DNA of 63,766 nucleotides from Thecamonas trahens ATCC 50062. Lineage: Eukaryota; Protista; Apusomonadida. Below the pieces are notes generated by a model. It was not told the DNA's origin. It did no database searches and worked only from the letters and a program-made list of their open reading frames with translations. This document shows, piece after piece, positions 10,601 through 19,809 of the stretch. The position numbers and the translations under genes were made by a program. Each line of letters opens with the position of its first letter. Within the stretch, counting starts at the first letter, position 1. The stretch lies in the NCBI RefSeq assembly GCF_000142905.1, contig NW_013657668.1:48492-112257 (forward strand), given 5' to 3'.

Positions 10601-12440
10601 GTGTGCTACGAGGGCGGGCACTGGCCCGTGGCGATTGTGTCGTACGTGATGTTTGTGGGTATGTTGTGGGGTATCCGATTCTCGGGTTTGTGGGCGTGTG
10701 GCGCAACACGGCGCGGCTGTGGTCTGATCCGGTGTTCCGGTCGCGGTTTGGGTACTGGTACGAGCAGTTCAAGGAGGGAGCGTACTGGTTTGAGTTTCTG
10801 CAGTTTGGCATGTACGGCGTGCTTGCAGTGTGCGACTCGATTCTGATGCACGAGCCGGACATCCAGTTTGGGGTATCGCTGGCGACACTGAGCGTGTTTG
10901 GGATTGCCGTTGTGTCGACGCGGCCGTTCAACAGCGTGTGGAAGAACGCGATGGAGGCCGGGTTTACGGTCATCTCGATTGCGCTTGTGGTGCTCAACTA
11001 CATGTCCGGATCGCTGTCGAACTCTGCGAACGACGTTGTTTCGACGGTGATTGTGTTTGCGTTTGTGGTGGGGATCAGCGGGCTGATTGTGATGGGAGTG
11101 GTGTACCTGTGCTTCAAGCGCAAGTCGAAGCAGTTGACGTTTGCGACGATTGTAAGGGCAGTGATCGCACAAACCGAGGAGCGTGCAGCCGGGCATGATC
11201 TCACGCACCAACCGGCGTCTGCCAAGGTGGACGAGCGGGTGCGCGGGCTGGCGCTGAAGATGCGGAGCCGACTGCGCGCACGCGGTGCGGCGACGTCTGC
11301 GGCCGTGATGCCGACGGTGTACGATGAAGCGGCGGTGAAGCAGGTGGGCAGCGGCTCGCGAAGCGGAAGCAGTGGCGGGGTGGAGCTTGACGGAGCAGAC
11401 ATGAGTGTGATGGCGGACGGCTGCGACAGAGGGACGTCCGGGCTATCGATGTCGAGCGGGTCGTCGAGCACAAGCGAGAGCATGTCCGACGTTGAGCAGT
11501 TCCTGCCACCGTCGGACGAAGGCCGGCTGACTGTGATGGCGTCCGCGTCGGAACCTTTGCAGCGAACGCCAGCGGCGCCGAGTTGAAGGATCAGCTGGCA
11601 CCGCTGGACACGACGCCACCGCGCAATCCACGGATTGACCAGCTGGCGTCACCCAACTCGCAAACGAGTCCCGGACTGTCCGAGTCGTTGCCTACGGTTG
11701 GCGATGAGCTGACGACGTCGTTTGATGGACTCGACAACTCGGGGCTGATGTCGTCTGACGGAGCGGCGATGCTCAACCGGACGGCACCTGTGACGCGGAC
11801 GCGGACACGTGTGCGGCGGTCGAAGACGCGGCGGAATGTGGTGGCGCCTGCGTCGCCGGCGACAGGCGATGGATCACGGACGATGTCGCCACCGCTTGCA
11901 CGTGGAGCATCGTCGCAGGAGCTGCGGCGCAAGCCGTCGTCGGTTCGAGCCAAGCGACAGCTGGCGCTACACCGGTCTGTGACAGTGGGCAAGATGGAGC
12001 TCGAGTCGTCGATCGACTCGGCTCGGACGGCATCGGCCGAGTCAGGCGAGTCACCGAGGACCCCGCGACAGAACTCTGTGGGCCGGGCTGCAACGGTGAG
12101 CCACGGCCTGGTGCGGCGGCGGACGCGGAAGCGGATCCGTGCGACGACAAACTCCCCCAATGCCTCGCGTGGTGAGACTGTCTCACCGGGGTCACCACTC
12201 ACCATGGTCTCGCAAAAGGTGTCATCGCCACTGGCGTCGCCATCGCCATCACGGCGACCGACTCGGTCGATGTCGCGAAGCCGCGCACAAACCATGGCCA
12301 ACGGCGATGCGGCCGGCGCGGTGGCGTCGCCGCGCGCCCGCGCTGGTACCACGTCGGAACGGGTCTTGCACCGTACCGGATCGCTCCGGCGTGGCGTTTC
12401 CTTCCGTCGCCCGCCACCCCCACTCCCCGAAGCAAGCTAG
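7648..12440 (+). CDS. Large cell-surface protein: signal peptide, FG-GAP-like repeats, EGF, IPT/TIG, Cys-rich repeats, multipass FLC/Pkd2(TRP)-like TM region, S/R-rich tail; interrupted by 3-4 single-base frameshifts
   Basis: Signal peptide MFPLVGVCGTRLSLLALMLAAVTTA; repeats such as FGASVSITPDGTTLAV, FGQAVALS, YGQAISASSNTIVVG; EGF CVCVSKWTGPTC; IPT VSPSVCSLAGCTITLYGSQF; CRTCPTGAYCPGG..PGYW and CAAGYTGDFCAACESGYF; TM motif FRSRFGYWYEQFKEGAYWFE. Consecutive ORFs 7432-9180, 9063-9437, 9332-10846, 10081-11586 and 11583-12440 are each offset by -1. The last segment is the least certain. Confidence 0.7.
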
Positions 12441-12718
12441 CGTAAACTTTTAGCTCTGGTACGACCATACCCATCGATGTACACCAGGAGATGCTGGAGT
12501 GGTGCAAGATGCGGCGTTCGAACGAGTGCTGCGCGAGCAAATAGCAGAGGCGTTTTTCGACCGAGGCAGCAGGGAATTTGCAGTGACGCCCAGCCACACC
12601 TTTCTGCTCGTTGCTCGTTTGGGCAGTTTGGGCGGTTTGTGTGGCGAGGAAGTCGAGGACAGAGCAGAGAGAGAGAAAGAGAGAGGAAGAGGGAGAGAGG
12701 GAGGTAGTGTGAGCGAGT

Positions 12719-13861
12719 ATGGCGTGTGCAGGGGAAGATGGAGACCGGCCTAGGATTGGAGGCTTTGTCCGGCCAAGCTCGTCGTACTGGGAGCCGACAG
12801 AGGAGCGGGAGGCCTTGGCAGGACGACTGGTGGCCGAGCTGGAGTCTGCCGGATACGATGTGGACGAAGTGACGGCGTGGAGGTTCCTCATTGCGCGAGA
12901 GTGGAATTATGAAAAGGGCAAGCAGCTGCTGATTGATGACATTCATTGGCGCGAGGAGCATCCAGAGCTGGTGGATGTGGATGATGATGAGATTGTAGAG
13001 GAGCTGGAGAGCAACAAGGCCTTTCTTCATGGATTTGATAGCCTGGGCAGGCCGATCATGGTGTTTATTCTGCGGAGGCACGACAAGAACACCCGCGATC
13101 TGGACCACTCGACAAAGTATGTGATGCGGCAGATTGCGCGCGGCATTCGGACGGCCGAGCAACACGGCCAGTTGCAGTTCTCGGTCGTCCTTGATCGCTA
13201 CGACACCGGCCGGGCCAACTCGGACACCACCATGGTCCGCAGCCTGATGGCCATTCTCTCGGATCACTACCCGGAGCGGCTCGGCACCGCATACGTGCTG
13301 TATCCAAACTGGCTCTTCTCCATTGCCTACCGTATCGCCAAGGCCTTTTTGCCTAAGCGGACCATGGACAAAGTCCTGCTCTTCTCGGGCGACACGATGT
13401 TTGACGAGTTACACCAGTACATTGCACCGGATCAGCTGCAGCCGGCGTACGGCGGCACGTCGAGCTACGAGTACACGTTTGCCAATGAGGCAGCCGAAGA
13501 CGCTGTCCGCTTTGGCTCGGCTTCGGGAGCCGCTGGCGAGAGCGCGGCCTACCTTGCCGACTACGGCTGGTCGGACACCGCCTCGGCCGTCTTTTACACC
13601 GCCACCGAGGCGTCGTGCGACTCGATCCCGAGTGACTTTGACGACGAGCTCGAGCTCAACGCCGGGCCCAACGGGCGGTCTGCAGGCGCAAGCCCGGAAG
13701 TTGCCGCCCGGGTGGCCGAGCTCGAGGCCGAGGCCGCGGCCTATGAGTCCAAGCTCGACGTCGTCACCGCCCGCATCAAGCGCCTCGACGCCCGCATCCG
13801 CAACACCCAGGCGACGCTGGCCCAGGCTCCGGCCAAGAAATCGTGCTGCGCCATCCAGTAA
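12719..13861 (+). CDS. CRAL-TRIO (Sec14-like) lipid-transfer protein with C-terminal coiled coil and CaaX box
   Basis: WRFLIAREWN..WREEH, GFDSLGRPI, DHYPERLG..YPNWLF..AKAFL..TMDKV, YIAPDQLQPAYGG; ends KKSCCAIQ. Confidence 0.9.
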   Translation: MACAGEDGDRPRIGGFVRPSSSYWEPTEEREALAGRLVAELESAGYDVDEVTAWRFLIAREWNYEKGKQLLIDDIHWREEHPELVDVDDDEIVEELESNKAFLHGFDSLGRPIMVFILRRHDKNTRDLDHSTKYVMRQIARGIRTAEQHGQLQFSVVLDRYDTGRANSDTTMVRSLMAILSDHYPERLGTAYVLYPNWLFSIAYRIAKAFLPKRTMDKVLLFSGDTMFDELHQYIAPDQLQPAYGGTSSYEYTFANEAAEDAVRFGSASGAAGESAAYLADYGWSDTASAVFYTATEASCDSIPSDFDDELELNAGPNGRSAGASPEVAARVAELEAEAAAYESKLDVVTARIKRLDARIRNTQATLAQAPAKKSCCAIQ

Positions 13862-13863
13862 AG

Positions 13864-14820
13864 CTAGACCAGCGATCGGACCAGGCTTCGCGCTGCGAGC
13901 AGAGCCATTGGGATCATGGCGGGAGCGCCGACGGCGAGGACGAGGCCGGAAGAGACAAGCGAGGCCTTGCCGTAGGCATCGGGCGCGTCGGATGGTGGAG
14001 CCACGAGTGAAGCTTGTCCGCCGTCGGGCTGGCGCGGATCAAAGAACGTCTCTACACCAACCATCGGATTGGTGGCCGCGCCCGTCCGGGCAACGACCAT
14101 GCCGGGCACCACGTACGCCAGTTGGCGGAAGCGCGGCGAGAAGCCGTCGTTGCTCTCGTACCGTAGCGTCGGCACAAGAGCGTCGATGCCAAAGATGAGG
14201 CCCGATGCAAGCGGAGGAAAGACGAGAACGGCCGGAAGCAGGACGCGTGCCGCCCACGAGAGGCCGAGACGGACCGGGGCGGCTCGGGCGGCGGCGGCGA
14301 GCGAGGCCGGGCCGCGGGCAAGGATGAACGGCGAGCCGATGAGCGAGCCGAGAGCGGCCGAGAGTGCGCCAGCGAGAACCAAGGCGCCAGCATCCACCGC
14401 ACGCGTCATGCGCGCCGCCGGCGACAGTGCCGGCTCGCGCGCCAGTGCCCGCAACGTCACTAGCCGGCGTGAGCCATTGGCAAGATCCTCGGTCCATGTC
14501 CTCGACGCAATGCTCTCCGGCAGCGCCCATCGGCCTGTTGGATCGATATCAGGCGAGCAGAGGCGAGCGTGTGCTTCTGCAGCCAGGATCGGAACGCCAG
14601 CAGCCACAAGCGTCTCTACCTTTGTGTCAACGATCTCTCTTGCCTCAGACTCGTCCAATCGCTCTGCCGACGTCTGCATCATTCGGGCGTCGCTCGGCGG
14701 GAGGAGCGGCCGTGAGGGACGAGCAGGTGGGGTAGCCGGATTGCGCGGGACGAGAAACCAAGCAAGAATTCCTCCTGCTCCTCCTCCAGCGGCGGCATAT
14801 GTGAGTGTCGCCCGGAACAT
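13864..14820 (-). CDS. Hypothetical multipass membrane protein
   Basis: ~318-aa ORF from caccATG (MFRATLTYAAAGGGAGGILAWFLV) with several hydrophobic segments; no family recognised. Confidence 0.55.
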   Translation of the reverse strand: MFRATLTYAAAGGGAGGILAWFLVPRNPATPPARPSRPLLPPSDARMMQTSAERLDESEAREIVDTKVETLVAAGVPILAAEAHARLCSPDIDPTGRWALPESIASRTWTEDLANGSRRLVTLRALAREPALSPAARMTRAVDAGALVLAGALSAALGSLIGSPFILARGPASLAAAARAAPVRLGLSWAARVLLPAVLVFPPLASGLIFGIDALVPTLRYESNDGFSPRFRQLAYVVPGMVVARTGAATNPMVGVETFFDPRQPDGGQASLVAPPSDAPDAYGKASLVSSGLVLAVGAPAMIPMALLAARSLVRSLV

Positions 14821-15146
14821 GGTGGTGTGATTTGGGTGGGTCTGGCCAGCGTCGGGTGTGCGGTGGCGGTGGTGGGGAGTTGAGCAGCAGCTGCTGCCAG
14901 AGGGAAGGGATCCCTCCTTCACCGCGGGGAGGAGGGAAGAGGGGGGGGTGGGTGGGGGGCAATTACTATGATGAACACTGATAGTGTGACGGGGGGATCT
15001 GCAGGTTGGTCATGGGACGTTTGGTTTGTTGGATGTTGATTGATGATGCTCATGCGCGTACGGATACGATAAAGGAGCGTGGTTGTGCGTGGTTACGCGT
15101 GGTTGTGCGTGGCTGCGCGATGAACGGTGTACGGTGTGCGGCAGGA

Positions 15147-16033
15147 TCACGAGGACGCGAGGGTCTTCTGGCGCTTGCTGGGGTCTTGGCCTAGGGCAGG
15201 GGCGTTCTCCGGCTCGGGCTCCAGTGCCCGCTTGCGGGAGGCGTCGTGGGGGTTGGCGCCTGTTGCGGCGGCAGCGGCGTGGATGCGGGCCTGGACCCTT
15301 GCCTGCTCAGCGGCAGCTGCGGCGGGATCCTGAGGCGGAAACTGCTGCTGGTGCTGCGGCGGCATGGCGTGGGCTTGGTGCGCAGGATGCGCTCCCGGAT
15401 ACGGGCTCGGGACAGGATAGGCGGCCGCAGGAGGGGGACCAGCCATATGCGGGGGGTAGTGTGCGGGGTGGATCTGTTGCTGGGGATGGATGGGCATGGC
15501 ATGGCCACCGGGAATGGACATGGGCATGTGCATGCCCGGGTGCGGCGGGTGCTGCATCATGTGATGCGGCGGCGGATGCTGCTGCATGAGGGGAGCCATG
15601 TGCGGATGTGGTTGATGAGGATGGAGCGGATGGCCATGAGCCGGAGGACCACCAAGACCCAAGACATGCAGCGGGACCATAGGCGGCGGCGGCGAGTCCC
15701 AATCCTTGGGCGCCACAAACTCCTCGGGCGGAGACCCGTGCCTCATGTTGGGCGGTGGAGTATCGAAGACGGCTTTGACGGCAATGCTAGCCGAGAGAGC
15801 CTTGAGTCTGGGCACCTCATCCAGCAACTCTTGGTAGTACTGCCGCACCACATCCGTATGCCTCCATCCGGTGTTGTGCGAGATCCGTTCACTCGCCGTC
15901 CCCCGCACCAGGAACTTGTCGCAGTAGTCGCAGCTGTGTGTATGGGAGGGGGGAGGGGGTGAGTGGGGAGGGGGGAAGGGGGGGGGTGGGTGGGAGGGAG
16001 GGAGGGGCGTAGGGCGTACTAGTACTTGGGCAT
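15147..16033 (-). CDS. SNRPC: U1 snRNP protein C-like (zf-U1 zinc finger, Pro/His/Met-rich tail); exons 16033-16020, 15933-15147
   Basis: An 86-nt GTACGC..CAG intron gives MPKYYCDYCDKFL...HNTGWRHTDVVRQYYQ, matching the U1-C N-terminus. Confidence 0.8.
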
Positions 16034-16322
16034 GGGAAGAGTGTGGGTATGTGTGTGTGTGTGTGTGTGGTGTGTGTGTGCGTATGGGTGGAGTGGTGTG
16101 TGTGTGAGTGTGCGTGTCGGTGCGGGAGTGGGACAGGGAGGGGTGGGGAGAGTGGGTGGGATCGGTTGGCGGCGGCGAGTCGCTGTGCGGCTGGGGGAAG
16201 GGAATGTGGAGACGAGGTGGGGGAACCGAGTGATCGGGTGATCGGGGACGGAGTGATGAGTAGCAAGAGGACCACGACTAGGAGTTTCGGCTTTGGGTTG
16301 CGGGGGTAGAGGTCCCGGATGG

Positions 16323-16979
16323 CTACACCATAGGGTGCTCGGGCGACATGGTGGCGAGGATGAGCGGGACGGCGACGGCGTAGATGGCGAGGATGACGGC
16401 GACCGAGGTGTGCCATGCCGAGGAGAGATAGGCCGGGGCGACCGGGACCGAGGTGGCGTCGCAGGCGGCGATGAGGATGGGGATCGACTCGGCGAGGAGA
16501 ACGAGCGGGACGTAGACCCAGACACCGTTCATAAAGGCGAGATAGACCCAGGTGAGGACCGGATGATGGGTCCGGAGCGAGGGCGAGCCTGCGATCCATT
16601 CGGGGATGAACGTCATGCCGCCGCCGTACAGCTCCATGACCGAGATGACAACCTGCCAGACGTGGCGATCAGCGCGTCGGGTCCAGATGGCCCAGCAGAG
16701 CCAGGCCGCGAGCGGACCGGCGATAAAGACTGTGAGTAGCTCAAGAGCAGCCACTCCTGGGTCGTTGCCAGCCCATCGGGTGTCTGCCTTGCCGTACTCT
16801 ACCCAGATGGAGGCGGCCCAAGAGTCAGAGCTCGCCGCCCCGCCAGGCACTAGCAGCGCGTAGTACAGGTACGAGGCCTCAAGGACCAGATGCGTCACTG
16901 CGTCGAGTGCAAACCAGATAAGCGCAACCACGTCTGCCCACGGCAGTCGCGCCGCTCGCTGAGTGGCGGTCAGAGGCAT
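16323..16979 (-). CDS. Emopamil-binding protein family (EBP/EBPL, EXPERA domain; sterol delta8-delta7 isomerase-like)
   Basis: WFALDAVTHLVLEASY, WVEYGKADTRW, ELLTVFIAGPL, ELYGGGMTFIPEW, YLAFMNGVWVYVP. Confidence 0.85.
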   Translation of the reverse strand: MPLTATQRAARLPWADVVALIWFALDAVTHLVLEASYLYYALLVPGGAASSDSWAASIWVEYGKADTRWAGNDPGVAALELLTVFIAGPLAAWLCWAIWTRRADRHVWQVVISVMELYGGGMTFIPEWIAGSPSLRTHHPVLTWVYLAFMNGVWVYVPLVLLAESIPILIAACDATSVPVAPAYLSSAWHTSVAVILAIYAVAVPLILATMSPEHPMV

Positions 16980-17128
16980 AGATGAGATGAGTGTGTGGCG
17001 AGGGCGACGAGAGAGTGGCGGTGGGGCGGGCGGGCGGCGGAGCGAGTCGAGGCCGGCGTGTAAGCAACTCGGCGGCTCGGAGGCTTGGCGGCTTGGCGGC
17101 TTGGCAGTTTGGTACAACGAGAGCGAGT

Positions 17129-18441
17129 TTAGAGGAAGTAATCCGGGGTAGCCTTTTTGGCTGGCGAGCCGCGCTGGTCAGCAGGCGCGGCGGAGAAGAT
17201 GAGAAAGTTCTTGTTGAGGTTCTCATCAAACTCGAGGATGGCAGCGACGTTGCCGCAGCGGTAGCAGTAGTTGGGAGCGGACCAGACGGTGATGAGTGAC
17301 TGTGAAAACATGGCCTTGTAGCCTTCCATGACCAGCTGGTGGGCGCGACAAATGAGGCTGAGGTCGTTGGTGTGGTTGAACTGCGAGACAACGTCGGCGC
17401 CAAAGATGTAGCCTGCGCCGCGCGGCGAGAGGCCCCACCCGTCCACCTGCTCCTCAGGGTCCGACCACATGAGGTCACACATGGCGCCGTCATGCGGGAC
17501 CTCTTGCTTGCGGTCGAGCAGCCGGATCTGATCCAATGTGTTGAGCGACGGCGAGAGGCCACCGTGGACGGCAAAGATCTGGCCCTCGATGAGCGCAGAG
17601 AGCGGGAGGTAGTCAAAGATCTCCGTGCAGTACCGCCATGCCGAGACCGAGCCGAACTTGCGGAGGCACTCGTCGTAGAAGCCGTAGACCTGGGTGATCT
17701 GCCGCGACTCGTGGTTGCCGCGAAGAAGCGTCATCCGATCCGGGTACCGCACTTTGAGCGCCAGCAGCAGCAGGAAGGTCTCGACCGAGTAAAAGCCACG
17801 ATCCACAAAGTCGCCCATGAACAGATAGTTGGTCTCCGGGCAGAGTCCGCCCACCTTGAACAGCTCCTTGACGTCGTAGAACTGACCATGGACGTCACCA
17901 CAGACCTACACCCTCCCGCCCCGACCACGTCCACCCCCCCCCCCCCCCCCCCCACCCTAGTCACAGGCATACATATAGTTATACACGCAGACAGACATGG
18001 ACCATACATGAGTGCGTATCCGTGCCCCCCCGCCTCCCCTGCCCCCCCTGCCCCCCTGCCCCCCTGCCCACACCTGGGAGGGGACACCTTCCCTGCCTTT
18101 GGTCACCCGCACCGCCACACGCACCGCCACACGCATCCGCACCCATACCCACACACCTGCCCACGCACACCCACGCACTCACTGTCATACTACCATCACC
18201 TCCCTCCCTCCCCTTCCCTCCCCTTCCCTCCCCTTCTTCCTCCCCCCCCCCCCCCCCCTGCCTCAGCCAGGCAGGATGACCTCCTCGCCTTGTCACGTAC
18301 GGTCACAGGGGCATCGACATTCTGCACATTGGCCTCCTCCACAAGAATCTCACGAGCCTTGGCACACAGTGTCTTCACTTCGGACTCTCGAAGGTGCTCA
18401 CAGTTGAGCAGTCGCTCAATCTGCCGGTCAAGCTCGGACAT
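17129..18441 (-). CDS. PPP4C: Ser/Thr protein phosphatase 4 catalytic subunit (PP2A family), ~305 aa; exons 18441-18301, 17905-17129
   Basis: [61 protein letters not shown], terminal DYFL; intron GTACGT..TAG in phase 0. Confidence 0.93.
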
Positions 18442-18723
18442 GCTGGCCGAAGCTGGTGAGTGGGGTGGGGTGACCGGGAGGCTGACGGCTAGCGGCTGGC
18501 CGACTGGGGCCACCTGGCAGACACCCTGGCACCAGGTACACTGGCGCGCATGATGCGTGTGGACCAGCTGATGGGGGAGCCGGCAATTGCGGCGCAGCAA
18601 TAGTGTTTATGAACGATGGTTGGGCGGCATCGTATTCATGAGGCGGTGATGACCGTGGCGGCCGCTGGGGCGTGGTTGGGCGGGCAGCTCATGATCGGCT
18701 GCGCTCTGGCGCGATCCATCGGA

Positions 18724-19425
18724 TCAGGCGGCGACGCGGATGCAGACCTCGATGCCGTCTTCGTCCTTGGAGTACTCAAGATGTGAAGCATGGAAAGTTG
18801 TGCTCCACTTGTCGGAGGCGCGGACGTACTCCAGAAAGTCGGGCGCGCCCGGGAAGATGACGTTGTCAGCCACGACAACGGCGCCTTCGGGAAAGAGGCC
18901 GAGGCTCTCGCCGAGCATGAGATCGGGCTTGTACGCGCCCTTGACGTGGTCAAAGAAGAACAGGAGCTTGCCCGGCGAGGCGTCGGAGTCGAGCCCGAGC
19001 TCGACACGGATCTTGTTGAGGAGAGAGGGAAAGACGTCCGAGGCGGTGCCCTCGAGCCAGACAATGCGATCCGAGACGCCGGCATGGGCAAAGACCCGCT
19101 TGGCCACTGCAGCGCGACCAGCATGCGGTTCGATGGAGAAGATCTTGGTAGTGGCCGGAGTCCGCGAAGCGAACCGCAGCGCCGAGTACCCGCAGTACAT
19201 CCCGAGCTCGATGATGACGTCAGGTGCGGCTTCCGCGACGGCAGCGTCCACGATCTGGCCCTTTTCATCGCCGACATTCATCATCCACTGTCCGGCCCAG
19301 CAGTAGGCATCGATAGCGTCGACCGTCGCCCGTGCGTCCCCACGAATCTCGTCCAGGCTCTCGATGTGCGCCGCAAACGCCAGCTCGCGCGCCAGCTCGT
19401 TGTTCTCTGCAGAAGTAGTGCTCAT
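18724..19425 (-). CDS. COMT: Catechol O-methyltransferase-like SAM-dependent methyltransferase
   Basis: WMMNVGDEKG, IELGMYCGYSA, FFDHVKGAYKPDL, VADNVIFPGAPDFLEYVR, SHLEY..DGIE. Confidence 0.88.
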   Translation of the reverse strand: MSTTSAENNELARELAFAAHIESLDEIRGDARATVDAIDAYCWAGQWMMNVGDEKGQIVDAAVAEAAPDVIIELGMYCGYSALRFASRTPATTKIFSIEPHAGRAAVAKRVFAHAGVSDRIVWLEGTASDVFPSLLNKIRVELGLDSDASPGKLLFFFDHVKGAYKPDLMLGESLGLFPEGAVVVADNVIFPGAPDFLEYVRASDKWSTTFHASHLEYSKDEDGIEVCIRVAA

Positions 19426-19671
19426 GGTGTTGATTGGTTACGTTGAGTGTATGGTCAATTGGTTGGTCTCTGTGTGGCTGTCCTTGGTCGCGGTCACTTG
19501 CGGCGGATTGCGGCCCTGGTTTTGTCAGGTGCCGCGTCGCACATGCTGCCGCTGCGAAGGAATTCATTTCTTCCCGACAACAATGGACCCAATCGCTGCA
19601 ACCGTTGACTGCGCCACAACAGGGCGAGCACTTTACACGCACTGGCCATGTCGCCGCCTACAGCGGCAGAG

Positions 19672-19777
19672 TTACGCCACTCCATCGCCACTGTCATCAG
19701 ATCCGGAGTCGTCGGATCCCGAGCCCGAGCCCGAGCCCGAGCCAGCTGCCGAGCCCGAGCCCGAGCCCGAGCCAGCT

Positions 19778-19809
<32 letters not shown>

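Noticed and set aside
7648-12440. Pseudogene interpretation of the frameshifted surface protein
   Set aside because: No in-frame nonsense codons in the repaired frame, Cys patterns are intact, and all breaks are the same single-base type at G runs.
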